NCBI GenBank assembly: GCA_965231055.1
Contig: OZ246411.1
Coordinates: forward strand, 116,711 to 180,710
Length of the DNA: 64,000 nt
Origin: an uncultured Candidatus Saccharibacteria bacterium
GTDB taxonomy: Bacteria > Patescibacteriota > CALEFQ01 > G965231055
Reading direction: 5' to 3'
Shown here: positions 37,678 to 47,803 of the stretch, piece after piece
Position numbering within the stretch: the stretch's first letter is position 1
Layout: every line of letters begins with the position of its first letter
Notes under the pieces: model-generated
What the model was told of the DNA's origin: nothing
What the model saw: only the letters and a program-made list of their open reading frames with translations
Databases searched by the model: none
Made by a program: the position numbers and the translations under genes

Positions 37678-39945
37678 TTATATGCCCAAAACAACGCCCT
37701 CTAGCCTATCAACATATACAGGAATGATCATTTTATACTCTAATCCAAGAATATCCTTGAAACTGGCGCTAAATATGATCTCAAAAGCAGGTCTTTGGAT
37801 GTTTTTGCCAATAGGTTCATAAAGCGTTTCTGTGTCTGAATTTACGGTATTTTCTTTGACTTCAATAACACTCAGATTGACGGTATCAGCTACTGCGGAT
37901 TGGTATTTTTCCAAATTGGAAATGAGGCTAGTTTTAGCCGATTCCATAACCTCATCTACGTTTTTGAACTGTTCCAAGTCTTCTTTTGTGATTTTGTATA
38001 TCAATACAGATCCACCAACTTGATCATCTGGTTCGCGATCTAGCATTCGCACATAGGAGACTTCTCCGTTTGTTCTTGCGAAAAATTCACTCATTTGGTA
38101 AAAGGTGGCACTCACTGCGAGATAGCTTCCCTCTTCTGGTAGTCCGTTTTTTGAATGCCAATCAATCACTCTATTTGCTCCCAGTGAATGAGCGGGCACG
38201 CCACCACCAAAATAATCGACATATATTTGATCTATTCCTTTTTCATCAACCCATTTTGCCAAACGATTTAGATCCTGTCCCCAATCCAAGTTTGAATCAA
38301 CGGTGTATTTGTATGCATTTTCTTTGCCTCCTATGAGTTCGTTGAAATAAGAAAGATAATTTGGATATGCAATCAGGGTACCTGCAAAATACCAAACGCA
38401 CAGAATCGCAAGTATCAAAACCTTGGCGGAGATATGTGTTTTCTCAATTCTGTGATGTGAAGCATGGTTTGTTTTTGTGGGCTTCAAAGAATCCAGGGCA
38501 AATCTTTTTAACGCATGAGACTTATCAATAATTTTTTCTTTGATATGACTATGTCTTAGCCACTTCATCATTCCCCCAGCGATAAGCATATACATAAATG
38601 GAAATGTAGGAATCATCCAACGGAGTCCTATATTTGCAGTACTCTTTAATCCAGCAAGCCAGAACATACCCATCACAGTTATAATTACAAACACATCCCA
38701 TCTCATCCAAATATGTTTACAAATTCTGTTCCAAGCTTTTGCATTGGTGGAACTCTCATTGTCTAGATTTATCTTTTTGTGCTCTCTAAATACTGCGTAA
38801 AAACCTAGAACAATAACTAGCGCAATCATTATGATTTCAGGAAGTGGTTCTTTTAACAAAAATGACATCGGATAATAATACCACCATCCCTCGTTACGAT
38901 AATCACCCATTAGAAATGCGCTATTTCCTCCTCCCACCCTATTAAATACCATTGAAACACCGAGGAAATACTGAGCAATTGGCTTGCCCCCTGGTATGTC
39001 GGCAACTTTGTTTAGAACTCCTCTTGCAGTAGAAGCTAGTCCGTTCTGTTGTGGAATTGATTGATTGATTAGTTCATGCTGAAGCTCAGAAGACATCTTA
39101 CTCGTATGATGAATATAAGGAACACTAATCAAAGCATGACCTAGGATAAGAATAATTAGCCCAGAAATGATATAAACAAAAGTTCTTTTCCCCCATTGCT
39201 TTTTCCATTTTATTTTTGAAAAAAAGTCTTTAAGATCATCTCTTCTAACTATAATAGCGACAAGAAGCAAGAGCGCAAAATATGGAACAAGCAAGAATGC
39301 AGAAAATTTTGCGAGTGAAGCTAGCGCAAAAGAAATCGAAGCCCAAAGCAAAGAAAGCCAGCCAGGATTTTTTACAAAACGAGCAAAATAATAAACAGAA
39401 ATAAACAGAAAAACAGCAATACCAAAATCAGTAGTCACATATCTCGCATGAGTTATTATATTGGGCGCAAAGGCCAACAAGAAAACAGCAAGAAGTGCCG
39501 CTTTTTCTCCGAACAACTCCTTCGTCCATTTAAAAAGATAAAATCCCAAAAGAAATATCAAAGCCATAGGGAGCAATCTAGACCAAAAAAAGATTTGTTC
39601 TGGATTGTTTCCTCTTTCATAAATAAATTTCCAACCCGATTCCCATTGTCCATTGACTTCATCTTTCCAAGCACCAATATCTGTAGGAAAATTTAGATCC
39701 AAAAACAAAAGAGGAATGGCGGCCAGATCTTTTATCAAAGGTGGATGCTCTGGATTTAGTCTGTAATCTGCAAATTTGAGATACGAGTATCCCGCGGGTA
39801 TATGAGCTATCTCATCTACAATTCCAGAATCTCCTGGATTTTCATCTGACATAATTCCAGATGAACTAAACAGAGAAATCAGAAACATGACGATAATGAG
39901 AGACACCGCCATGATTTTTATTTTTGGATTTGTTTTTGTTTTCAT
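37678..39945 (-). CDS. GT-C family membrane glycosyltransferase (GT39/PMT_2, ArnT-like) with a large C-terminal soluble domain
   Basis: 755 aa, polytopic. Signature DEIAHIPAGYSY (DExxH in the first loop). Confidence 0.75.
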   Translation of the reverse strand: MKTKTNPKIKIMAVSLIIVMFLISLFSSSGIMSDENPGDSGIVDEIAHIPAGYSYLKFADYRLNPEHPPLIKDLAAIPLLFLDLNFPTDIGAWKDEVNGQWESGWKFIYERGNNPEQIFFWSRLLPMALIFLLGFYLFKWTKELFGEKAALLAVFLLAFAPNIITHARYVTTDFGIAVFLFISVYYFARFVKNPGWLSLLWASISFALASLAKFSAFLLVPYFALLLLVAIIVRRDDLKDFFSKIKWKKQWGKRTFVYIISGLIILILGHALISVPYIHHTSKMSSELQHELINQSIPQQNGLASTARGVLNKVADIPGGKPIAQYFLGVSMVFNRVGGGNSAFLMGDYRNEGWWYYYPMSFLLKEPLPEIIMIALVIVLGFYAVFREHKKINLDNESSTNAKAWNRICKHIWMRWDVFVIITVMGMFWLAGLKSTANIGLRWMIPTFPFMYMLIAGGMMKWLRHSHIKEKIIDKSHALKRFALDSLKPTKTNHASHHRIEKTHISAKVLILAILCVWYFAGTLIAYPNYLSYFNELIGGKENAYKYTVDSNLDWGQDLNRLAKWVDEKGIDQIYVDYFGGGVPAHSLGANRVIDWHSKNGLPEEGSYLAVSATFYQMSEFFARTNGEVSYVRMLDREPDDQVGGSVLIYKITKEDLEQFKNVDEVMESAKTSLISNLEKYQSAVADTVNLSVIEVKENTVNSDTETLYEPIGKNIQRPAFEIIFSASFKDILGLEYKMIIPVYVDRLEGVVLGI

Positions 39946-39949
39946 GTTT

Positions 39950-40050
39950 TTAGTTTTAAGTATTCAGTATTCAACTTTCTGTACTTGGCAATCATTATAG
40001 ATAGCCAACTGGATACTGAAAACTGACTACTGCGTGCTTATTGTAACCAA
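39950..40050. repeat. Family-A repeat copy
   Basis: agtattcagtattcaac ... ggatactgaaaactgactactg ... cttattgtaacc (the tail is shared with 15420..15445). Confidence 0.6.
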
Positions 40051-40142
40051 AAACACTTATTGCTTAATACTTACCACTTAGATGTTTTATTGTATCATTT
40101 TCTTTGCTTTTTCGCTATTTTGAGCTATAATCATAAAAACAA

Positions 40143-41582
40143 ATGCCAAAAACAATGAAAAACTTCTTCCTACCCACAGAGGAAAATGCACATATCCCAA
40201 GGTCTTTGAGTAAAAAGGCGCTGTTTACCTACGGCGTTCTTTTAGTCATAGTAAAAATACTGTCTATTTCTTATTTTATATTTATTCCCTCCTCCCCAGT
40301 AATAGCTACTGAAATTTCTGCAGGAGATTTGCTCTCAAAAGTAAATGCCGAAAGAACAGCAAGGGGAATGAATACACTTGCTCCAAATGCCAAGCTAGTA
40401 GAGGCCGCAAACAACAGAGCAAGAGACATGATCAATAGAGACTATTTTTCACATGATGGATGTTGGTCGGCTTTTGCCACCGTAGGGTATGACTATGTTT
40501 ATGCGGGAGAAAACTTGGCCATGGATTTTACCACCACACAGAATGTTCACAATGCATTGATGGCAAGCTCTTCTCATAGAGCCAACATACTAAATTCAAA
40601 TTTTGTAGAATCTGGAATCGCTGCTTATCAAGGAGAATTCAATGGAAGAATGACCACTATAGTGGTTGAACTTTTTGGTCAACAAAAAGCTGCTCCAGAA
40701 GCACCAAAAACTCAAGTCTCAAACCCCACACCCCCTCCCCCAGCCGAATCTAAGGTAGCAGGAGAACAAACCCAGCAACCCCCGATCACCACACCGTTAC
40801 AAGCTCAAAAACCACAACAGAAACCTAGTGCGCCAAAGATAATCTTCCCCGAAGATAAAAACTATTACAGCGACATAAATTCCATAACCGGAACTGCCGA
40901 TGCGCTCACAAAAACAATTGCATATATAGATAATAATGAAATTGGGTATGCAAATGCAAATAGCAATAGGTTCTTTGAAGTAAAATTCGATTCAAAAATA
41001 GATGAAGGAGTTCATCAGATTAAATTGGTATCAGAAAATTCTGCAGGACAAAGTGATTTTTCCTCAGAACACACAATTATCATAGATAGAACCCCTCCTG
41101 AAATCATCACGGCAGGAACCTTTGCAACTATTGATCTTGAAAAATTCACAACTTATTTCGAAACAACAGTTGAAGACAAAAATATTGATTCAATACAGGT
41201 CTCTATCAATGAAAAAGATCTAATAAACCTAGAATCAGTAGAAGCTGATAAGTTTTCAGGAACTTACAACAATGCCGTAACAGAAGATTCTAGACTTATG
41301 GTTTTAGCCAATGACAAGTCAGGAAATACCGCAAAATTACAAATCTCACAAATAAATCTAAGTAAACCTGCGACATCAGACACCATAACCGAAGCACCAA
41401 TCGGAATTACCTTCTTGGGTGGAATCAAAAACTATAGCGACATCATAATAATTGTAATCGGTGGATTGGTGACACTGTTTCTTATACTTAAAATGGCATT
41501 TAGAAAAACTATTCAACACCACCCAACTATCATAAATTCAATATTGATAATTATTCTCGCGGGAGCCTTGTTAGTTCTATAG
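40143..41582 (+). CDS. Membrane-anchored CAP/SCP/PR1-like domain protein with a Pro-rich linker and Ig-like region
   Basis: N-terminal TM. The CAP domain (LLSKVNAERTARGMNTLAPNAKLVEAANNRARDM...YFSHDG...AGENLAM, SSSHRANIL) is present. C-terminal TM anchor. Confidence 0.7.
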   Translation: MPKTMKNFFLPTEENAHIPRSLSKKALFTYGVLLVIVKILSISYFIFIPSSPVIATEISAGDLLSKVNAERTARGMNTLAPNAKLVEAANNRARDMINRDYFSHDGCWSAFATVGYDYVYAGENLAMDFTTTQNVHNALMASSSHRANILNSNFVESGIAAYQGEFNGRMTTIVVELFGQQKAAPEAPKTQVSNPTPPPPAESKVAGEQTQQPPITTPLQAQKPQQKPSAPKIIFPEDKNYYSDINSITGTADALTKTIAYIDNNEIGYANANSNRFFEVKFDSKIDEGVHQIKLVSENSAGQSDFSSEHTIIIDRTPPEIITAGTFATIDLEKFTTYFETTVEDKNIDSIQVSINEKDLINLESVEADKFSGTYNNAVTEDSRLMVLANDKSGNTAKLQISQINLSKPATSDTITEAPIGITFLGGIKNYSDIIIIVIGGLVTLFLILKMAFRKTIQHHPTIINSILIIILAGALLVL

Positions 41583-41595
41583 TTATCAAGCGAAT

Positions 41596-41623
41596 CAAAA
41601 AGGAGCTCATAGCTCCTTTTTTA
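41596..41623. terminator. Bidirectional intrinsic terminator between the CAP gene and tsaB
   Basis: aaaaaggagct-cat-agctcctttttt. Confidence 0.6.
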
Positions 41624-41632
41624 TTATGTCTA

Positions 41633-42286
41633 TTATTTTTTACTGAGCGTAATATGTGGTTTGTTTATATATAGAGGTCTTATATTTGGAAATTGGTATT
41701 TAGTGTTTTCAATTTTTTGAATCGCGATCTTGGAAAAAACTCGCTGTCTCTCTTCGTCGGAAAATGAAATATTTGAAAATTTATTAAATACCGAATTGGC
41801 TTTTTTGATCTTGTCTTTATCTGAAATTACACCCAAAATATTCTGCTTCTTTAAATCATAACCCAAATCAATTGCCTTTTGGTTTAATTGATCCAAGTTT
41901 CCAACAAAATATTCAAATGATTTTTCTATGTTAAACCTCGCATAAATTAAATCATGAATATTGTCTATTAATACAATATTTGAATCAAGTTTTTCAATAA
42001 CACTAGCGATCTCAAATTCGTCTATCGCAATGATCGGAATTTTTTTGGCATAAGACAATGTATTGGCATAAGTTATACCAACCCTTAGTCCAGTAAAAGA
42101 TCCAGGCCCCACAAAAACAGCTATGCCTTTTATTTCAGTATTAGAAATATCAAAATCATATACTTTTTCTGAACTTCCAACTCCTGATTCCCATTTATGA
42201 GAACATGAAACTTTACCACTATTATCAATAATAGAGGCAAAAGACAGTTTAGATGCAGTATCTATGAGTAGAATATTTTTATTCAT
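41633..42286 (-). CDS. tsaB: tRNA threonylcarbamoyladenosine biosynthesis protein TsaB (YeaZ)
   Basis: 217 aa with the GPGSFTGLRVGI motif (the ASKHA fold without metal ligands). Confidence 0.8.
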   Translation of the reverse strand: MNKNILLIDTASKLSFASIIDNSGKVSCSHKWESGVGSSEKVYDFDISNTEIKGIAVFVGPGSFTGLRVGITYANTLSYAKKIPIIAIDEFEIASVIEKLDSNIVLIDNIHDLIYARFNIEKSFEYFVGNLDQLNQKAIDLGYDLKKQNILGVISDKDKIKKANSVFNKFSNISFSDEERQRVFSKIAIQKIENTKYQFPNIRPLYINKPHITLSKK

Positions 42287-42382
42287 AGGTTTATTACTTC
42301 AATGCGAATAATAGCATATTATACAATACCTTGATGCATGTCCACTTTTAAACTATCATTATAGGAGTTTCAATAAACCGAC

Positions 42383-43453
42383 ATGAACAAAAACAAATTA
42401 CTTACAATAATACTAACTGTGTCTGGAGCGATACTTTTTGCGTGGATGATTTTCAATATTGGCCCAGCTAAAATATACGAGATCTGTAAACAACTTTCTC
42501 TGCTACAACTCCTACTGGTCACCTGCACTTTTTTCTTACTTTTATGTACTATTACACTTTCTTTTAGAAGAATACTTACCGCACTTGGATACAAACTTTC
42601 ATTCAAATATCTCTATCCACTTCAACTCATAAAATTTTCGATAAGCTATATCACTCCTTTTTTAAACTCTGGCGGAGAGCCTGTTTTGATATATCTACTA
42701 CTAAAAAGAAATCAAATTCCTGTATCCCAAGCTACGGCTGCAACGATAATTGAAAGAGTCATGAGGTTAACTCAAATACTAATATTTATTTCTATGGGGC
42801 TTTTCATGGCTCTATTTTCTATACCCATGGAAATATGGGCGTACCCTATTTTGCTCGGAGTATTTGCTTTTTTGTGCTGGTCTTTGTGGGCATACTATGC
42901 AAAATCGCTAGACGGCACGGGATTTTTCAAATACATGCTTTCGAGATTGAGATTGGATAGGCTCAAATTTTTTAAAGACCCACACAATTCTCACGTAGTT
43001 TTAAATATAGATCAGACAACTTGTAAGTTTATAAAAAACCATCCTGCGGATTTCTGGACGGCATTTTGTTTTTCTATCGGATCTACCGCGATATCTGTTT
43101 TGCAAGTTTATTTTGTTATGAATTTCTTGGGATGGAATCCAAATATACTTGAAGTTGTAATAATCTTCGCAACGATGAACGCTATAGGGCTCATACCAAT
43201 TCCTGCATCACTTGGCACATCTGAAACTGGAATTGCAGCGCTCTTTGCAGCCAAGGGGATAGGCGCTGGAAGTGGACTAGTATTTAGCTTAATAATGAGA
43301 GTTGCGACAGTTATTGCAATTATTCCGGGACTGATGCTTCTCCCCTATTTTGGACTAACTATAAAACGTGCTGTTTCAAAAAATATTACAAACATGGAAA
43401 TGGAAAAGAAAATATCACTTGCGCATCAGGTAAATAGTTCTAAGAATTCTTAG
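42383..43453 (+). CDS. Flippase-like / LPG-synthase TM-domain family membrane protein (UPF0104-like)
   Basis: 356 aa with about 8 TM segments. The N-terminal pattern is typical of the family and it sits in a glycosyltransferase neighbourhood. Confidence 0.45.
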   Translation: MNKNKLLTIILTVSGAILFAWMIFNIGPAKIYEICKQLSLLQLLLVTCTFFLLLCTITLSFRRILTALGYKLSFKYLYPLQLIKFSISYITPFLNSGGEPVLIYLLLKRNQIPVSQATAATIIERVMRLTQILIFISMGLFMALFSIPMEIWAYPILLGVFAFLCWSLWAYYAKSLDGTGFFKYMLSRLRLDRLKFFKDPHNSHVVLNIDQTTCKFIKNHPADFWTAFCFSIGSTAISVLQVYFVMNFLGWNPNILEVVIIFATMNAIGLIPIPASLGTSETGIAALFAAKGIGAGSGLVFSLIMRVATVIAIIPGLMLLPYFGLTIKRAVSKNITNMEMEKKISLAHQVNSSKNS

Positions 43454-44098
43454 AGAATCTTTGAGGGGTTTATAGCTACTAGTTATTTTTCCATCGCTGT
43501 CTGAATATAGAGTATTGATTGGGATAAATTTGATTTTGAACTTAGCTATCCCAGAATCTATCAAAAATCTTGTCTCTGTTTCATATCTTCCGGGAACAAA
43601 TTTAATTTTATTAAAAACAGAACTTTTTACCGCACGAAATCCCGTCTGAGAATCAATAAATTTCACCCTAGCCACTTTTGAGATCAGATAAGCGCTAATT
43701 TGATTTGAAATTCTTCTAATGTATGGCATACTGTTTTTATTGTAAGCACGAACACCGATAACGATATCAGCACCATCTAGTTCTTTTAAAAAATTTGGTA
43801 TATCTTTTGGATCATGCTGCCCGTCTGCATCGATATAAACAATCTTGTCAGCTTTTAGCTGTTTTAATGCAAAATCCGTACCAGTTTTAAGGGCAAATCC
43901 TTTTCCAAGATTTTTACCATGAGAAAGTGTCTGAATATTGTACTTTCTAGCTATTTCCAAAGAAGTGTCAGTGCATCCATCATCAATAAAAACAACGCTA
44001 TCTACATAACCAATAGTTTCTTTGATAACTTTTTCAAGTCTCTTGCCAGGATTGTATCCTGGAATTATTGCAACATCCATTGTAAGTTTTATTTCCAA
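43415..44098 (-). CDS. Family 2 glycosyltransferase (dolichyl/polyprenyl-phosphate sugar synthase-like)
   Basis: IIPGYNPGKRL...FIDDGCTDTS...YIDADGQHDP, a GT-A fold with DxD. Confidence 0.8.
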   Translation of the reverse strand: MEIKLTMDVAIIPGYNPGKRLEKVIKETIGYVDSVVFIDDGCTDTSLEIARKYNIQTLSHGKNLGKGFALKTGTDFALKQLKADKIVYIDADGQHDPKDIPNFLKELDGADIVIGVRAYNKNSMPYIRRISNQISAYLISKVARVKFIDSQTGFRAVKSSVFNKIKFVPGRYETETRFLIDSGIAKFKIKFIPINTLYSDSDGKITSSYKPLKDSLRILRTIYLMRK

Positions 44099-44148
44099 GA
44101 TTCAGAATTTGAAAATCAAATTTTGAGTTTTAGAAATTAAATAGACAT

Positions 44149-44577
44149 ATGGAAATTCTACTATTGTTTGTTCCTATTATAGCATTTGCCGTAGCTCAAG
44201 GAACAAAAATACTTATTAAAACCTACAAAGAACCTTTTAAATTATCACATCTCGCTGCATATGGCGGAATGCCATCTGGACACACCGCACTCACCACTTC
44301 AGCAGCGATCACGGCAGGACTCTATGCTGGATGGAATTCTCCGGTATTCGTGGTAGCGGTGGTCTTGTTAATTGTTATCATACGAGATGCACTAGGACTA
44401 AGGATGCACCTCTCAGAGCACAGCAAAGCTTTGAATAAAATAGTAAAAGAAAGCAAAGACATAGACAAAAACGGATACAAGCATCTAGGTGAAAGATTGG
44501 GACACACACCCGCTGAAGTAATAGGAGGAGTCGTGGTAGGAATTCTCGTTGCGTTGATATCTTACTGGATGTTCTAA
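44149..44577 (+). CDS. Divergent PAP2 (acid phosphatase-like, DUF212) membrane protein
   Basis: GGMPSGHTALTTSAA and GHTPAEVIGG motifs. Confidence 0.7.
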   Translation: MEILLLFVPIIAFAVAQGTKILIKTYKEPFKLSHLAAYGGMPSGHTALTTSAAITAGLYAGWNSPVFVVAVVLLIVIIRDALGLRMHLSEHSKALNKIVKESKDIDKNGYKHLGERLGHTPAEVIGGVVVGILVALISYWMF

Positions 44578-44612
44578 TGAAATTCTTTTTAAATAAGCTC
44601 TGGTAACAGAGC

Positions 44613-45989
44613 TTATTTTTTTATTCTTTTAAGTTCTTCTCTAATTATTTCTCGTTCGTTCCATGGAATTTTCTTGCTCCCTATTTGCATTCCTGTTTCA
44701 GCTCCCTTTCCGGTGATGACCACTATATCTTGAGCTCGGGCGATAGCAAATGCTTTTTGGATAGCCCGCAACCTATCTATAATTTTAAAGTAACTTTTGT
44801 TTTTTATGTCAGAAGAATTAGCTACCAAAGACATATTTTTCGTAACTCCTTTTTCTATCGCATCTATAATCCTCACTGGGTCTTCGAACCAAGAATCCTC
44901 ATTTGTGAGTATACAAATATCCGCATATTTACTAACTATTTCACCCATAATTGGTCTTTTTTCTCTATCCCTATCTCCACATGACCCGAAAACACCAATT
45001 ATTTTTGTTTCTGAATATGTATCCTGTGTTTTCATCGGAACAACTACGCCCTTGTACAGTTTTTCAAGAGCAGCGGGAGTTACCGCATAATCAACGATGA
45101 CTTTGAAACTTTGTCCTTCATCAATTAGCTCGACTCTACCGGGGAGTCCCCCTACTTTCTCTAAACCAATTTTGCAATCATTCATTGAGAGCCCAAATCC
45201 AAGTGAAGTAGAGATAGCAGTGAGCGCATTGTAAACATTAAAAATACCCATCATTTTTAGACTTATAGCCGTAAGTTCTTTTCCATTTCTGGTCACAGCA
45301 AAATCTATGCCATCTGGTTTTGTTTTTACATTTCTAGCTGAAACAATGTTTAGCCCTTTGATGTTTTGATTTTTAGCTAAAGTAGAAAATTGGTAGATAT
45401 AATTATCCGAAACACTGTATTTCAAAAATCTTTCAGTAAAATTTTCTTCGCCATTAATAACGCTAACTTTTCTGGACCTTGTTTTGAGGTATTGGGTAAA
45501 TAATGTTTGGAATAATTTAATTTTAGCTTTTTCATATTCCTCCATGGTCTTGTGATAATCCAAGTGCTCTCTGGATAAATTTGTTATCACCGCACCGTCA
45601 AATTTCACCCCCCAAACTTTGTCCTGATCCAATGCATGAGACGAAACTTCAAGAATCAAATATTCAACGCCAGCATTTACCATTTTTTTGATCATTTTCT
45701 GTAAAGCAAAAGTGGAAACAGTGGTCATCTTGGTCTCGTTTACCCATTCTTTATCACCTATGGCAAAATTTATTGTGGTCATGAGACCCGTTTTTTTGCC
45801 AGCATTTTTGAAAATAGAATAAATATAATTGCAAGTAGTTGTTTTGCCATCAGTCCCAGTTACACCTATTACTTTTAATTTTCTGGAGGGAAAGCCATAA
45901 ACCGCATTCGCAACAAAAGCGCGGGATATTCTATATCCTTTTGTAATAAACTTAGGAGTCAATTTGTGTAATACTTTACGAATTGTCAT
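44613..45989 (-). CDS. murE: Mur ligase, most similar to UDP-MurNAc-L-Ala-D-Glu:meso-DAP (or L-Lys) ligase MurE
   Basis: GVTGTDGKTTT P-loop. DGAVITNLSREHLDYHKTMEEYEKAK closely parallels the MurE TNLSRDHLDYHG region. Confidence 0.75.
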   Translation of the reverse strand: MTIRKVLHKLTPKFITKGYRISRAFVANAVYGFPSRKLKVIGVTGTDGKTTTCNYIYSIFKNAGKKTGLMTTINFAIGDKEWVNETKMTTVSTFALQKMIKKMVNAGVEYLILEVSSHALDQDKVWGVKFDGAVITNLSREHLDYHKTMEEYEKAKIKLFQTLFTQYLKTRSRKVSVINGEENFTERFLKYSVSDNYIYQFSTLAKNQNIKGLNIVSARNVKTKPDGIDFAVTRNGKELTAISLKMMGIFNVYNALTAISTSLGFGLSMNDCKIGLEKVGGLPGRVELIDEGQSFKVIVDYAVTPAALEKLYKGVVVPMKTQDTYSETKIIGVFGSCGDRDREKRPIMGEIVSKYADICILTNEDSWFEDPVRIIDAIEKGVTKNMSLVANSSDIKNKSYFKIIDRLRAIQKAFAIARAQDIVVITGKGAETGMQIGSKKIPWNEREIIREELKRIKK

Positions 45990-46028
45990 TTGATTGTTTG
46001 ATGTTGGATCCTATTGCTATCCCCTTAC

Positions 46029-47093
46029 CTACTTTTTGCCTTTCAATTTCTTGGCTAGTCTTATCAAACCATAGCTAAATTTATCATAAACAATATCATA
46101 GGCTCCGACGTATTTGATATGTCTTGCGAATTTTGATCCCTCGGGAGCAAAGCCCATCTTAAACCTAGTAATCCCCTGCCAGCTTTGAAGCTTTTCTCCT
46201 TCCGTAGCAATGCCGTAAAAATCATACAAATCAAATCCTCTACCTTTGGCGTTTCGAATAGCCTCCCACTGTATCAAATGAGGCGCCATGAGGTTTTTGT
46301 GCTCGTCAGAAGAGGCTCCGTGAGCATATATAGCAGTATTTTTAAAATAAAACATAATACTTGAAGCAATGGGAATGTCCTTGTAAGTTGCTACAAAAAC
46401 ACTACACCTATTACCCAGTTTGTTTACCAGTTTTTCGTAATACTTTTTGGGGTGGTAGTAAAATGCATTTCTCTCTGAAGTGGACTTTGCCAATTCATAA
46501 AAAGCATCTACTCCTCCGCTCTTGGGCGTAGTGATTTTTATATCCTTTTTCTGAGCGAGCTTTATATTGTATCGCCATTTGGATTTCATGGATGCTAGAA
46601 GCTCATCTTCACTTCCAGAAAGATCTATCATCAATGTTTCTTCTGGCTGAACCTGTTTGAAAGATTTTTTGCCGATAACTTTGAGCTTATCTGCAATAGC
46701 ATTTGGTTTTGATTTTTCGAAACAAGGATCGATTCTGGTAAATACTGCTTTGTTTTTTAACGCGATATTTTCTAGTTCCTTTAAAATCAAATCGAATACT
46801 TGTACTTTGTTTGATTGGTCACTTAGTTTTTGAGTTACGAGTGGACCTCTTGCCACATACAGATACCATTTTCCAAATGGCATATCATAAAGCATCGCCT
46901 GAGCTATTCCCAAGATTTCATTTTTTTCTTCAACGATAATTCTAAAAACTTTGAATCCATAATCCTCTTGAAATTCACCCCACACCCAAGATTGCTGTAG
47001 CGTACCAAAAGAATGCTCTCTCGCGAAAGCATCCCAAATTTGTCTGTCTTCGTTTTTAGCAAATCTAATGTTCATAGACTCGGAGCGAAACAA
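46029..47093 (-). CDS. FemAB-family peptidyltransferase (peptidoglycan interpeptide bridge formation)
   Basis: 354 aa with the FemAB fold signature; adjacent to murE. Confidence 0.65.
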   Translation of the reverse strand: MFRSESMNIRFAKNEDRQIWDAFAREHSFGTLQQSWVWGEFQEDYGFKVFRIIVEEKNEILGIAQAMLYDMPFGKWYLYVARGPLVTQKLSDQSNKVQVFDLILKELENIALKNKAVFTRIDPCFEKSKPNAIADKLKVIGKKSFKQVQPEETLMIDLSGSEDELLASMKSKWRYNIKLAQKKDIKITTPKSGGVDAFYELAKSTSERNAFYYHPKKYYEKLVNKLGNRCSVFVATYKDIPIASSIMFYFKNTAIYAHGASSDEHKNLMAPHLIQWEAIRNAKGRGFDLYDFYGIATEGEKLQSWQGITRFKMGFAPEGSKFARHIKYVGAYDIVYDKFSYGLIRLAKKLKGKK

Positions 47094-47669
47094 TTAATAA
47101 TTATTTAATCTTTTTAACGCTTCTTTGATTTTATTTTCTAGAGGAATTTTGTCATCAATATCCATAAGCACGCGTCTAGCATCGCTTTGTCCATATCCAA
47201 GCTGAACGAGCGCCTGAATTGCATCTGCATGAGAGGCTTTTTCTTTTTTGCCCCTCTTTGTGAATCCTATCATCTCAACTTTTTCTTTAAGTTCCACGAT
47301 AACCCTCTCTGCAGTTTTTTTGCCTATTCCAGGAACAACTGTGAGCATAGCGGGATCCTCAGAGGCAATCGCCTTTTTGATTTCAGAAACAGATGAAATA
47401 GTCAGAAAATTTAGAGCAGTTTTTGGTCCTATTCCTGAAACACTTATAAGCATCTTGAAAAATTCTAGCTCATTTTTTTCCATAAACCCATAGAGTTCCT
47501 GTGAATCTTCTTTTACTGCCATATAAGTATTGATTTCAGTCTGCTCACCTGCTATAACCTTACTTAGGGATTTGGCGTTTAAAAAAACTCTATATCCCAC
47601 CCCTGCTACATCAACTACCACTCCACGCTCATCTTTGTCAATCACTTTTCCTCTTATGTATTCAATCAT
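47094..47669 (-). CDS. ruvA: Holliday junction branch-migration protein RuvA
   Basis: 191 aa. N-terminal OB domain, tandem HhH (GIGPKTA, GIGKKTAERV), and a C-terminal RuvB-interaction domain. Confidence 0.85.
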   Translation of the reverse strand: MIEYIRGKVIDKDERGVVVDVAGVGYRVFLNAKSLSKVIAGEQTEINTYMAVKEDSQELYGFMEKNELEFFKMLISVSGIGPKTALNFLTISSVSEIKKAIASEDPAMLTVVPGIGKKTAERVIVELKEKVEMIGFTKRGKKEKASHADAIQALVQLGYGQSDARRVLMDIDDKIPLENKIKEALKRLNNY

Positions 47670-47803
47670 ATTGGCTAAAATTAGATATATTTACCTCTAT
47701 ATAATACCATTTGCGACCTTGTGTGAAAAGCCAAACTAAATTAAGATATATAGGCTATTATTTGCCATTAATAATCACTCTTAGCAAGTTTTAACCCTCC
47801 AAA

